Below are positions 35,590 to 47,382 of a stretch of DNA of 64,000 bases, piece by piece (the stretch's first letter is position 1; each line of letters begins with the position of its first letter). Location: the NCBI GenBank assembly GCA_947586855.1, contig CANPXV010000008.1, positions 8,872 to 72,871 on the forward strand, in the 5' to 3' direction. The stretch comes from an uncultured Clostridia bacterium (GTDB lineage Bacteria; Bacillota; Clostridia; Christensenellales; CAG-314). Made by a program: the position numbers and the translations under genes. The notes beneath the pieces were generated by a model. It had not been told where the DNA came from. It worked only from the letters and a program-made list of their open reading frames with translations, and did not search any database.

Positions 35590-36025
35590 ATAATTAAAAA
35601 ATTTTTTTACAAAAAGGAGCATGAATTTTGCACCCATTTGCGCAAAAATGCAATATGGGGTAGGGATTTTTGCAATTGTACGATGTTATCTTAAAATTTA
35701 TTTTCAAAAAAAACAAAACAATAAACAAAAATAAAAGCATGCTAACCACAACAAAAAAATTTATCAATAAAATGAAAACATACCAACTACAAAAAAAAAT
35801 AAGTTTAATCAATAAAATAAAAACCTACCAACCACAACGATAAAAATTTCATCAATAAAAACATACAAACCTACAACAAAAAAATGTATCAATAAAATAC
35901 ATGCACATCAACTCAAAAAAACAAATAAATTTTCCGATAAAATAAAAACATACCGACAACAAAAAAATAAATTTAATTGATAAAAAAACTAAACTACAAC
36001 GAAAAATATTTTAATCAAATAAAAA
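35590..36025 (-). repeat. AT-rich island made of degenerate tandem repeats of about 40 bp (ATCAATAAAA..ATACCAAC.ACAA..AAAA)
   Basis: Five or six successive units are visible at 35760-36020. It is homologous in inverted orientation to 27181-27330. Confidence 0.7.
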
Positions 36026-36028
36026 ACT

Positions 36029-36115
36029 GCACTCGTCTGCCTGTCAGACGAGTGCTTGATATCTCCCCAACTTGCCTCACCGGCGAGGTGGCCCCACCGG
36101 CGAGGTGCGAGGTGG
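36029..36115 (-). repeat. Terminator hairpin plus mosaic REP-like units downstream of the araC-family gene
   Basis: GCACTCGTCTGcctgtCAGACGAGTGC, then CCCCAACTTGCCTCACCGGCGAGGTGGCCCCACCGGCGAGGTGCGAGGTG. Confidence 0.8.
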
Positions 36116-36143
36116 CTGCACGCAAAATGTCACAATGCAGCCG

Positions 36144-37043
36144 TCAGATGCGTTGGCGGCGAAACTCCCGCGGGGTCATGCCGTACTGTCGCTTGAATTG
36201 GCGGTTGAAGTAGCTGACGTTGTTGAAGCCCACACCGTAGGCAATGGCGGCGATGTCGTCATCGGTATCCCGCAGTTGCCGTCCCGCCACGGTGAGGCGA
36301 TAGTTGTTGACGTAGTCCACGCAGCTTTCGCCCGTGTACTGCTTGAACAGTTTCATCATATAAAACTCGCTGTAACCGCACACCTTGGCCAGCTTTTCGA
36401 TGGAGATTTCGTTCATATATTCCGCCCTGATGTACTCCAACGCACGGCGCACGGTGTACTGCTGTTTGTCCTCGACGGCGCTGGGCGACACGTTTAGCAG
36501 ACGGTTGTTGTAGATGTGGTAGAACATCCAATACAGGTTGGCCTTTACGTCCAGCTCGGCGCCCTCCTGATTGGGGTCGCACATCAATATGGACGTCATG
36601 CTTTGGTCAAATGGGTGATACCAGCTATCCGTTGTGCGCACCACCACAGGCACCGAGTGCTTTTCGTTGAGCAGCGGCGCAAAGTATTTTAGCGTGCACA
36701 GGTCGGCCTCGCTTGTTTCCAGCAGGCGCAGATTGAACACGATGGCGTCGATTTCCATGTCGTTGTCGTCCAGACGGTTGATGGAGTGCATCACAAAGGG
36801 GCGCAGGATCAATATGTCCCCCGCCGAGGCGACGTAGCGCTTGCCGTCCACGTAAAAACAGCCCGTGCCGCTTTGCACGCGGATAATTTCCATCTCCTCG
36901 TGCCAATGTATCGGGTAGAAGGGCAGCATCTCCGAGATGGCCGTGTGATATATTGCCAGCGGCGACAGCGGCGAGCCGTGCACGGCCTTTTCCTTGTATT
37001 GCTGGATGTTGCCATTTAGCGTGTGATAATCTTTGAATTCCAT
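36144..37043 (-). CDS. AraC-family transcriptional regulator (cupin sensor plus HTH)
   Basis: The start is MEFKDYH at 37043. The C-terminus reads FNNVSYFNRQFKRQYGMTPREFR. Confidence 0.85.
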   Translation of the reverse strand: MEFKDYHTLNGNIQQYKEKAVHGSPLSPLAIYHTAISEMLPFYPIHWHEEMEIIRVQSGTGCFYVDGKRYVASAGDILILRPFVMHSINRLDDNDMEIDAIVFNLRLLETSEADLCTLKYFAPLLNEKHSVPVVVRTTDSWYHPFDQSMTSILMCDPNQEGAELDVKANLYWMFYHIYNNRLLNVSPSAVEDKQQYTVRRALEYIRAEYMNEISIEKLAKVCGYSEFYMMKLFKQYTGESCVDYVNNYRLTVAGRQLRDTDDDIAAIAYGVGFNNVSYFNRQFKRQYGMTPREFRRQRI

Positions 37044-37205
37044 TTTTTCACCTTTGTTTTGGTATATTATACACCCCCACAGCTTTTTTGCCAACAATTT
37101 GAACGCAAAAAACAGTATTGTGTTAGTTTTTTGCAAGATATTGCAACCATCTTTTGAAAAATTGCCATATAATTTAGGCGTAAAATAAAAAAGGAGGTAA
37201 GAAGA

Positions 37206-37322
37206 ATGTTTTTTCAACAAGATCTTTACCAACAGGAAATTGAGCGCGACTACGACAAGCAACAGGCAAGCTACATCTTTGCGCTTGGATATGCAATGAT
37301 CGAAACGGACATCAACAGATAA
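37206..37322 (+). CDS. Small ORF (38 aa), hypothetical
   Basis: AAAGGAGGT lies 7 nt upstream. Sequence: MFFQQDLYQQEIERDYDKQQASYIFALGYAMIETDINR. Confidence 0.4.
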   Translation: MFFQQDLYQQEIERDYDKQQASYIFALGYAMIETDINR

Positions 37323-37386
37323 CCTGCTTGGTAACACACGGCGGCAAAACGCCACAACAACAAAAATTCATCGGGAGGTAAACACT

Positions 37387-37506
37387 ATGCTCAGATTTAA
37401 TGACGACGCACAAGAAACTTTGGATACAGTGGATGTAAGCGAATACCAAATCTCATATTTGATTGCCTTGGCCTGGCAAAACTGCTGCAACCAACTTGGA
37501 AAGTGA
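37387..37506 (+). CDS. Small ORF (39 aa), hypothetical
   Basis: GGGAGGT lies 8 nt upstream. Sequence: MLRFNDDAQETLDTVDVSEYQISYLIALAWQNCCNQLGK. A terminator follows. Confidence 0.4.
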   Translation: MLRFNDDAQETLDTVDVSEYQISYLIALAWQNCCNQLGK

Positions 37507-37534
37507 TTTTTGATACAACTATCTCGATTTTGTC

Positions 37535-37564
37535 GCCGCTGCACAACGCAGCGGCTTTTTTTTT
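37535..37564 (+). terminator. Intrinsic terminator after the small-ORF pair
   Basis: GCCGCTGCacaacGCAGCGGC followed by T9. Confidence 0.75.
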
Positions 37565-37576
37565 ACAAAAAAATTG

Positions 37577-37668
37577 CACTCGTCAAACAGACGAGTGCTT
37601 ATCTTGCCCAACTTGCCTCACCGGCGAGGTGCGGCGAGGTGGCCTCACCGACGAAGGGCGGTGAGGTG
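37577..37668 (-). repeat. Terminator hairpin plus mosaic REP-like units downstream of the AKR gene
   Basis: GCACTCGTCaaacaGACGAGTGC, then CCCAACTTGCCTCACCGGCGAGGTGCGGCGAGGTGGCCTCACCGACGAAGG. Confidence 0.8.
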
Positions 37669-37683
37669 TTTGGTCGAGAAATA

Positions 37684-38811
37684 TTAAACTTGCTTTTCGA
37701 AGGTATCGGCGGCCAGCTGTAAGTTTTTGCGGATGGCGATGTGCTGGGGGCAGGCTTTTTCGCACTTGCCGCACCTGATACAATCGGAGGCCTTGCCCCT
37801 ATCCTGCGTGGCGATGGAGTACTCTCGACGCCCGCGGAAAGCGGCGTTGCCCCGTTGATGGTTGAGCACGTGGAAAATCTCCGGTATTGGTATCTGCCTG
37901 GGGCAGCCTGCCGTGCAGTAGTGGCAAGCCGTGCAGGGCACCGAACCATCGCCGTTGAGCACGATACGGGCACGCAAAATCACCTGCTGCTCCTCGTCGG
38001 AGAGGGGCACAAAGTGGGTCATATAGGACAGGTTGTCCCGCATTTGCTCCACGTTGGACATGCCGGAAAGCACCGCAATGACGCCATCCAGCCCTGCGGC
38101 AAAGCGTATGGCCCAGCTTGCCAGCGAGGCGTTGGGGTTGGCATTGCGCAGCACCTCGGCCACCTCCGGCGAGGGATTGGCCAGCGCACCGCCCTTGACG
38201 GGTTCCATTATCACCACGGGCTTGCCGTGACGGCGGGCAATCTGCCAGCACTCGCGAGAGCGCACACCGGGGTTTTCCCAATCGGCGTAGTTGATTTGCA
38301 GCTGCACAAAGTCCACATCGGGGTGGGCGGAAAGCAGCTCCTCCAACAGCTCGGGGTCGGCGTGGAAGGAAAATCCGTAGTTTTTGATGAGCCCCTTGGC
38401 CTTTTGCTCTCGGACAAAATCCCAGATGCCAAATTGGTCGTACATCTTGTAGTTGTTGCGTTGCAGCGCATGCAGCAGATAGTAGTCGAAATAGCCTGCG
38501 CCGGTGCGCTCCAAGCTGGTGTAAAACTGCTGTTTGGCCTGCTGCTCGGTGGGGTGATCGCCCGCCCAGGCGCACAACTTGGTGGCAAGGGTGTAGCTCT
38601 GGCGAGGATAGCGATCCACCAGGGCAAGTTTAGCGGCTTTTTCCGACTCGCCGCCGTCGTAGACAAAGGCCGTGTCGAAGTAGGTGAGGCCTGCCGACAT
38701 AAACATATCCACCATTTGCTTGGTTTGTTCCACATCGATTGCGCCGTTGGCCAGCTTGGGCAGACGCATCAGCCCAAAGCCCAACTTGGCACCGTTTTGG
38801 GTAGGTTTCAT
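37684..38811 (-). CDS. Aldo/keto reductase with C-terminal 4Fe-4S ferredoxin domain
   Basis: LGFGLMRLP..YFDTAFVY, and C-terminal Cys clusters CTACHYCTAGCP and CIRCGKCEKACP. Confidence 0.85.
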   Translation of the reverse strand: MKPTQNGAKLGFGLMRLPKLANGAIDVEQTKQMVDMFMSAGLTYFDTAFVYDGGESEKAAKLALVDRYPRQSYTLATKLCAWAGDHPTEQQAKQQFYTSLERTGAGYFDYYLLHALQRNNYKMYDQFGIWDFVREQKAKGLIKNYGFSFHADPELLEELLSAHPDVDFVQLQINYADWENPGVRSRECWQIARRHGKPVVIMEPVKGGALANPSPEVAEVLRNANPNASLASWAIRFAAGLDGVIAVLSGMSNVEQMRDNLSYMTHFVPLSDEEQQVILRARIVLNGDGSVPCTACHYCTAGCPRQIPIPEIFHVLNHQRGNAAFRGRREYSIATQDRGKASDCIRCGKCEKACPQHIAIRKNLQLAADTFEKQV

Positions 38812-39117
38812 AGCTTTCTCCTTTGCGCCGGGCAACCGCACTTGGCCGCATTTGCGCAGAAAAATATATGATTTATTGTAGCACAAAGTGCGTTGACGTG
38901 TCAATGGTTATACCGTTGGCGCCAACGTCGCAACGTACACAAACGTCAGATTTGTTGCGTAGAGGGGCACAAATCGGCACAAAATATTGCAAAAACGGGC
39001 GCAAACGTCCAAAATGTCGATTTGTGGGCGTTTTGGGTTGATTTTGTCGAAAAAATCTTGTATAATTGTAGGGTAAAATGGGCAATGTGCCCTTGCAACA
39101 CTTTTCACAGGGAGCCT

Positions 39118-40656
39118 ATGATGAAAATTGCATTGACGGGAGTCACCGGCAATATGGGCGTGCAGACGCTGCGGGAGTTGCTTAAACTGCCCGACGCAGA
39201 GCTGAAACTGCTTGTATTTGCCAAAGAAAAGCGACTTGGCACAATCAAAAAAATATGCAAAGGCCATTTGCAACGCATAAAGTTTGTGTACGGCAGCCTC
39301 AATCACCCCGATGTGTGCGAAGAGTTGGTGTCGGGCACGGACTACGTTGTCAACATGGCGTCGGTCATTCCTCCGCACAGCGATCGTTTTGCGCCGCATG
39401 CGGTGGTATGCAACGAGATCGGCGTCAGGTGCCTGTGCGCCGCAATCGAAGCGCAGCCCAACCAGCCCAAGCTGATACACATATCCACAGTGGCACTGTA
39501 CGGCAACCGCAACAGCAAGCATATGTGGGCAAGGGTAGGGGATCCGCTGGTGGTTAGCCCCTTCGACATCTACTCCATCACCAAGATGCGGGGCGAATTG
39601 TGCGTGCTGGAAAGCAACATACGCTTCAAGACGGTGCTGCGCCAGACGGCCATGCTGCACAGCCACATGCTAAGCGACAACATGGACGACGGGCTGATGT
39701 TCCACACCTGCTTCAACGCCCCGTTGGAGTGGGTGACGGCGGAGGACAGCGGCCTGCTGATTGCCAACATAATAAAAGAGGATATGAACAACGCCGCAGA
39801 TATGAAAAAGCGCTTTTGGGGCAAAATTTTCAATATCGGCGGAGGGTTGTCCAACTGCGTGACGGGCTACGACGTGCTGAACGACGGGTTTGAGATCATC
39901 GGCGGCAGCGTAAAAAACTTTTTCGATCCCGATTTCAACGCCATACGCAACTTTCACGGGGTGTGGTTTTACGACAGCAACGTGTTGGAAGATATGTTTC
40001 ACTTCCAACGCCAGACAATTGCCGATTTTTGGGCGCAATTCAAGCGGGAGCACGCCATTCTCAAAGCGGGCAAGGCGGTGCCCAAAGGACTAATCAAAAA
40101 ACTTGCCATCGAACGCCTGTGCAAAGATCCCAACAGCCCCAAGTATTGGAAGGCGCACAAGGATACCGCCCGCATGCTGGCCTACTTTGGCGGGGACGCC
40201 AAATTTGAAGCGCTGGGCAAGGATTGGAGCAAGTTTCCCCTGCTGAAAGAGGGCAAGGACGAGCAGGGCAACCCTATCGACTATCAGCAACTGCTGGACA
40301 GGGACGCTGCGCCGCTGGTAAACCTTGGCTTCGACCCCAACCGAGAGGTGGGCTATCGAGAGCTGCGCCGTCTTGCGTCCATGCACGGCGGCAAGCTGAT
40401 ATCCCCCAAGGGCGGGCTGTACGACCGTCTGGAATGGGAAAACAGCGACGGCCAACGCTTCAAAATGAAGGGCTACACCGTGCTTGCGGGGCATTGGCTC
40501 AATCCCAGCTACACAAGCTACTGCTGGGATTGGGATCGCCTCGCCAAAAAGGACAGCCTGTATGCGCAGGTGTGGTACGACAGCCACGACCGCAACGAGG
40601 ACAACTTCTACTACTTCAACGACAAATTCGAGGCAAAGTACGGTAAGATAAAATGA
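39118..40656 (+). CDS. NAD-dependent epimerase/dehydratase-family protein with an uncharacterised C-terminal domain of about 200 aa
   Basis: Rossmann motif LTGVTGNMG and catalytic YSITK. I do not recognise the C-terminal half. Confidence 0.7.
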   Translation: MMKIALTGVTGNMGVQTLRELLKLPDAELKLLVFAKEKRLGTIKKICKGHLQRIKFVYGSLNHPDVCEELVSGTDYVVNMASVIPPHSDRFAPHAVVCNEIGVRCLCAAIEAQPNQPKLIHISTVALYGNRNSKHMWARVGDPLVVSPFDIYSITKMRGELCVLESNIRFKTVLRQTAMLHSHMLSDNMDDGLMFHTCFNAPLEWVTAEDSGLLIANIIKEDMNNAADMKKRFWGKIFNIGGGLSNCVTGYDVLNDGFEIIGGSVKNFFDPDFNAIRNFHGVWFYDSNVLEDMFHFQRQTIADFWAQFKREHAILKAGKAVPKGLIKKLAIERLCKDPNSPKYWKAHKDTARMLAYFGGDAKFEALGKDWSKFPLLKEGKDEQGNPIDYQQLLDRDAAPLVNLGFDPNREVGYRELRRLASMHGGKLISPKGGLYDRLEWENSDGQRFKMKGYTVLAGHWLNPSYTSYCWDWDRLAKKDSLYAQVWYDSHDRNEDNFYYFNDKFEAKYGKIK

Positions 40657-41585
40657 ACGTTTTGATATGCTATTTTTCCGGCACGGGCAACACCCATCGG
40701 GTGGCGCAACGCTTTGCCGAGTGCTTTGTCGCTGCCGGACATCAGGCAGAGATGCTGCGGCTGGACGAGACCGCCACCGAAAAATCTCTGCCCGACAATT
40801 TGTTGCAAAAAATACAACAATGCGATCTGTTGGGCATCGGCTACCCCGTGTACGCCTTCAATGCGCCGCCCATTTTGCTGCATTTTGCCAAAAAACTGCC
40901 CAAAATAACGCAAAAAAAGCACACTTTTTTGTTCAACACCTCGGGCGAACCGCTAAAACTCAACAATATTTCTTCACTGAAACTAAGCGGTATGCTGCGC
41001 CGCAGACGCTTTGACGTCACCAACGAGTACCACTACTGCATGCCCTACAATATCCTCTTTCGCCACTCCGACGAAATGGCACACAAGATGTGGCAGACGG
41101 CCTGCAACCTGATACCGCTGGATACGGCGCAGATCGTCAACGGCGAAAAACACCTGCTGAAAAGGGTGTTTGCAGGCGGCGCTTTGGCTTGGGCTATGCG
41201 CTGCGAACAATGGGGCGGCAGGCTGAACGGACGCATGTATCGGGTGAGCAAGGAATGCATAAATTGCTACAAATGCGTCAACGATTGCCCCACCCACAAC
41301 ATCACCGTCAACAAAAAGGGCAAGCTGCACTTCGGCGGAAAATGTCTGATGTGCATGCGCTGCGCCCACCTTTGCCCCAAAAATGCGATAAAAATCGGGC
41401 TGTTCAACAAGTGGAAGGTCAACGGGGCGTACTCGTTTGACGAGCCCACCACCAAATCCGGCCAGCGTTACAACAAAATGCTGACCAAGGCCTACGACCG
41501 CTACTTTGAAGAGGCTCAACGCCGCACCTCGTCGCTGAGGCAAGTTGGGGATAACCCAAACACAAAACCCACTGCTTTCAACTAA
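40653..41585 (+). CDS. Flavodoxin-like / 4Fe-4S ferredoxin fusion (EFR1-type)
   Basis: MNVLICYFSGTGNT, then CINCYKCVNDCP and CLMCMRCAHLCP. The start overlaps the upstream stop. The last roughly 20 codons are repeat-derived. Confidence 0.7.
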   Translation: MNVLICYFSGTGNTHRVAQRFAECFVAAGHQAEMLRLDETATEKSLPDNLLQKIQQCDLLGIGYPVYAFNAPPILLHFAKKLPKITQKKHTFLFNTSGEPLKLNNISSLKLSGMLRRRRFDVTNEYHYCMPYNILFRHSDEMAHKMWQTACNLIPLDTAQIVNGEKHLLKRVFAGGALAWAMRCEQWGGRLNGRMYRVSKECINCYKCVNDCPTHNITVNKKGKLHFGGKCLMCMRCAHLCPKNAIKIGLFNKWKVNGAYSFDEPTTKSGQRYNKMLTKAYDRYFEEAQRRTSSLRQVGDNPNTKPTAFN

Positions 41586-41965
41586 ACCCTGCAATCACGG
41601 ACCTGCGCCGAGATTGCAGTCCTCCCAGGGGTGCCGGGGCAATGGGAGACCCCGGCGAAGTTCAAATAATGAACAACCGTGCAGGTGCCCCAAAGGGTCC
41701 CCGCACAAGTTGAGGTACGAAACTTGTGTGGGAGAGGAACAACCGAGCGGCGTTGGCACCATTCGTGCTTGCACGTATGGTAACGCCAAGCGAGTGTTGT
41801 GACGAAGCCCGGCCAAGGCTGCGCTTGCGCCCCGTAGGGGTCGGTTGCGTAGTCAACCGAACAGCCTTGCGTTTGGCCGGATTATCCGCTTCGCCAGCGG
41901 GGCGAGCAGGGGTATTATTTAGCACTCGTCTGACAAACAGACGAGTGCTAATTTTTTTATATAAA
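41524..41965 (+). repeat. Composite mosaic element, left arm of an inverted pair
   Basis: Order of modules: REP remnant, GGATAACC.AAACACAAAACC, hairpin CTGCAATC..GATTGCAG, CCGGGG..CCCCGG hairpin, a roughly 125-nt insert, GGCCAAGGCTG..CAGCCTTG..GGCC, REP, and the terminator hairpin AGCACTCGTCTG..CAGACGAGTGCT. Confidence 0.8.
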
Positions 41966-42121
41966 ATTTATTTTCGTTGCGGTTGATATGTTTTTATAAA
42001 AAGTTTTTTATGTTTTTTTGTGAAAAAAGTTTTTTAGATTTCGTCTTGCCTGTGAGACCACGGCGAAAGTCAAAAAAAAGAAGGCACATATTGTGCCTTG
42101 CTTTATGATTCGACCACATTA

Positions 42122-42745
42122 TCAGATAGCACGCATTGCCGAGGCAATTTCTTGCGCTTGCAGTTTGCGCATGGCGTCGGCGTGTTGTTCTATCACCTGT
42201 TGCAGGGCGTTGCGCAATTTTTTGGCGTTGGATATGCCGCAAAAGGTGCGCACTGTCTTTTTGCGCATTTTCATTGTGCCGTCGGCGCCGCTTACACTGG
42301 CGATTTCCACCTCGAAGTTGCGCACAAGGCTGCCGATCAGGGTGGAGCGTATCTCGATGTGGTCCAGTTTTTCCACGGGGATATCCAGCGCACGTATGCG
42401 GAACAGCCCCACTTTGCTTATCAGGCGTTTGTTGGTAAGCACAACTTGCAGCGTCAGTATGGTGACGAGGTGCTTGTAGAAGGGTATCAGGGTGCACAGC
42501 CCCAAAATAAGTCCCAACAATATGGGCAGCACATAGTTGAAGATGGCGGGCAACATTTTGTCGATAAAGGGCGTGCCCACCTGCACCGTCTCCGACAGGG
42601 CCATGATCGCAGGTATGGCAAAGTACAGCGCAACGGCCGCACCCGCCAGACACAGCGTGGGCCAGGTGATGTACCACCAGCTTTTTTTGGCTTTGATAAC
42701 GACGGTTTCGTCGTCGGACAGGCTTTTTTTGATATATCTGCTCAT
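42122..42745 (-). CDS. PH-domain (bPH_2/YdbT-like) membrane protein
   Basis: The pattern L..DE.V...K.SWW, two TM helices, then ..LTNKR.I.K.G.F....DIP..K.. is typical of bacterial PH (DUF304) proteins. Confidence 0.7.
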   Translation of the reverse strand: MSRYIKKSLSDDETVVIKAKKSWWYITWPTLCLAGAAVALYFAIPAIMALSETVQVGTPFIDKMLPAIFNYVLPILLGLILGLCTLIPFYKHLVTILTLQVVLTNKRLISKVGLFRIRALDIPVEKLDHIEIRSTLIGSLVRNFEVEIASVSGADGTMKMRKKTVRTFCGISNAKKLRNALQQVIEQHADAMRKLQAQEIASAMRAI

Positions 42746-43055
42746 TGCGCAGCTCCTTTGTTGATATCTTTTATATTGTAAAGTGAAATTGCAATTGTGT
42801 CAAGTAACTGCCGCAAAAGAGAAAAAATTTGTGCGCTGACCGCAATTGCAATGCTACTCCACAGCACAAAGTGCCAAGCAGAGCGCACCGTGCGGCGATT
42901 TGAAAGTAGCATGAGAAAAAGGCCGATAGACATATCGACCCTTTAATTTATGTTTGTTCAGTGGTTATGTGCGCCCCCAACTTTTTCACAGAACCTTGCA
43001 ATAAATGATTGACAAAATCTACTTTCAAAAAAACAGTTACATGATAATAAAAATA

Positions 43056-43388
43056 TGCACTCGTCAATGACGAGTGCTTACTTACTCCCCCTGCTCGCCC
43101 CGCTGGCGAAGCGGCCTCACCGGCGAGGTGAATAATCCGGCCAAACGCAAGGCTGTTCGGTTGACTGCGCAACCGACCCCTACGGGGCGCAAGCGCAGCC
43201 TTGGCCGGGCTACTAAGGAACAACCTGCACGGTTGTTCATCAGTCAGACTTCGCTGGGGTCTCCCATACCCCCAGCACCCCCGGGGTGGACTGCAATCTC
43301 GGCGCAGGTCCGTGATTGCAGAATTTAATTGAAAGCAACGGGTTTTGTGTTTTGGTTATCCCCAACTTGCCTCACAGGAAAGATGATT

Positions 43389-43400
<12 letters not shown>
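43056..43400 (-). repeat. Composite mosaic element, right arm (inverted copy of 41524-41965 lacking the roughly 125-nt insert)
   Basis: The reverse complement aligns module by module with the left arm. The distal roughly 90 nt are nearly identical. Confidence 0.8.
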
Positions 43401-45338
<1,938 letters not shown>

Positions 45339-45653
45339 AGTGTACTCCTTTATGCCACGGCCTGCGCCGAAAGGGCATTTACGTCGTATATTTTTGTGCA
45401 CAGCCCGCCACAAATTGCCGACTGCGCAAAATTAGACAGATATATTCTATCACAATATATACATATTGTCAAATTGTATGCGTACTATCCGCACCGACTT
45501 AGTATTTGCAATTTTTTGCCCGATTATCGCCCGATTTGCACTGCAAAAACGCACGTTTCGACAAAAAAAGTTGCCTCAAAGTTGGATTTTGCGCCCGAGC
45601 ACCGCTAAAACCTGCGCAAAAGGGCAACACTATGCCAAAACAAGGAGACAACT

Positions 45654-46172
45654 ATGCTTGAAATCAGTATCTACAACGAGCAGGACCGCAGCCGTCTGGT
45701 GAGCGCCTTGTCCCAAAAATTGGACCGCCGCCGCACGGTGTACATGTGTATCGGCACCGAAAAGGTATTTTCGGATAGTCTTGGCCCGAGGGTGGGCACG
45801 CTGCTAAACCAAAATATGTGCCGTCCGTCTTTTGTGTACGGCATGTGCGAGCAAAACATCACGGCAGAAAACCTGCTGTACTGCTACAATTTTATCAAAT
45901 CGATGCACCCCGATTGCCAGATCGTGGTGATTGACGCCGCCGTGGGCGCCGAGGACCAGATCGGCAAGGTGCAAATCAGCGAGGGCGGCATATACCCCGG
46001 CGCCGCCACCAACAAAAATTTGCCCTCCGTTGGAGACGTGGGCATTGTGGGTATCGTCGCCGAAAAAGGTATGGCGGATTTTTATACGCTCAACTCCGAC
46101 AAGGACAAATTGGTGGGCACAGTGGCCAAATTTATCGCCGACGCCCTTGTGGAAGTGGAACGCACAGCCTAA
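45654..46172 (+). CDS. yyaC: Spore protease YyaC-like
   Basis: The CIGTEKVFSDSLGPRVG and VIDAAVG blocks are typical of YyaC (DUF1256). Confidence 0.75.
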   Translation: MLEISIYNEQDRSRLVSALSQKLDRRRTVYMCIGTEKVFSDSLGPRVGTLLNQNMCRPSFVYGMCEQNITAENLLYCYNFIKSMHPDCQIVVIDAAVGAEDQIGKVQISEGGIYPGAATNKNLPSVGDVGIVGIVAEKGMADFYTLNSDKDKLVGTVAKFIADALVEVERTA

Positions 46173-46215
46173 AAAACTTACCCCATATGCACTTTTTCGA
46201 CAAACACGCCCCACC

Positions 46216-46243
46216 GCACCTCGCCGGCGGGGCGAGCAGGGGA
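46216..46243 (+). repeat. Mosaic REP-like unit downstream of yyaC
   Basis: CACCTCGCCGGCGGGGCGAGCAGGGG, preceded by CTTACCCCATATG. Confidence 0.7.
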
Positions 46244-46325
46244 GATCGTCTCTCTGATGGGGCGAGATGAAAAAAAACCTGTATCGCCGCAAAGCGATAC
46301 AGGCATTGATTTTGCAAAAATCTCG

Positions 46326-47087
46326 CTACGAAAGTACGGGTAGCGGCGCACCAAGCATGCCCGCCAAAAGGGAGCCAAGCACGTTGGTGTTGTGGAAGAA
46401 CCTCAGCACGGTAGAGCCGGCCAGCATATTTGTCAGCCACTCCGTCATGCCCGGCAAAAAGCGCACGATCACCACTTCGGCGGCGGTCAGCACCACTCCG
46501 ATGACGATGAGATAGGTAAGCGCTGCGGCCCAGATGATACCAAACACTTTGTCGATGGACTTGAACACCACCACGGACGTGATCTTCATCAAAAGGTACT
46601 TGATACCTTTGAGCAGGTACTTGATGGCCAGGTAAAACGCCAGCCACAAAAAGAACTCCACAATCACGTTGACGATCATGCGGCCAAACCAATTGCCGAT
46701 GGTGAGGGGCAGACCGCCGGGCGCCAGACTGGATTGCATTTTAGCAAAAATCGTGTCGGACATGCCGGACAAAATGGCCAGATAGCTGCCGCTCATCGTT
46801 TGCGAAAGCTGCTCTGCGCTGGAAACGACCGTGGTGTACATCGGATTGCCAAACCAACCCGACACCGCCGACACAAAGGATATCATGCCGCCCATGTTTG
46901 CAAGCAGGGGATATATCACTATCACCAGCACCACGGCGCCCGCTATGGACAGCAGCCCAAGCAGTGGGCGAGAAAATTGTCTGCACAGCCCCTTGACTGC
47001 GCCGATGATCACGGCTATCAAAAATATTGCTACCAGCCCGATATCTACAAAAATACCCACCGTTTTTCCTCCTGTCGTCACGCACAT
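46326..47087 (-). CDS. cvpA: CvpA-family membrane protein
   Basis: N-terminal pattern D..L..IF.I.VI.G..KGL plus multiple TM helices. Confidence 0.6.
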   Translation of the reverse strand: MCVTTGGKTVGIFVDIGLVAIFLIAVIIGAVKGLCRQFSRPLLGLLSIAGAVVLVIVIYPLLANMGGMISFVSAVSGWFGNPMYTTVVSSAEQLSQTMSGSYLAILSGMSDTIFAKMQSSLAPGGLPLTIGNWFGRMIVNVIVEFFLWLAFYLAIKYLLKGIKYLLMKITSVVVFKSIDKVFGIIWAAALTYLIVIGVVLTAAEVVIVRFLPGMTEWLTNMLAGSTVLRFFHNTNVLGSLLAGMLGAPLPVLS

Positions 47088-47382
47088 CCGCCGCAGCCTT
47101 GGCCGCAGATAACTTCTTATACATTATATGATAGCATAAATCGGCGCAAAAATAAAGTATTTTGCAAAATTTGCGATATTTATCTTGTGCCGCCCGCCCG
47201 ACGGTCCTCTTTTGCAACGGGCGCAAAGGGCGCAAAAACCTACCCCATATATCAAAAACCCTACCCCATATGTCAATTTGAGAGATTTTTGCCGTCCAGC
47301 GGACGAGAAAATTTTATCCCGACAGGCTACGTTTAGACGTCGGGCGCATTGGGTACAATTATACAAAAAAAGGAGATCAAAA

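Noticed and set aside
41600-41670. Cobalamin riboswitch (the GGGAGACCCCGGC segment loosely resembles a B12 box)
   Set aside because: The remaining conserved cobalamin-riboswitch elements are absent. The element sits at gene 3' ends in both orientations and recurs as a dispersed repeat.
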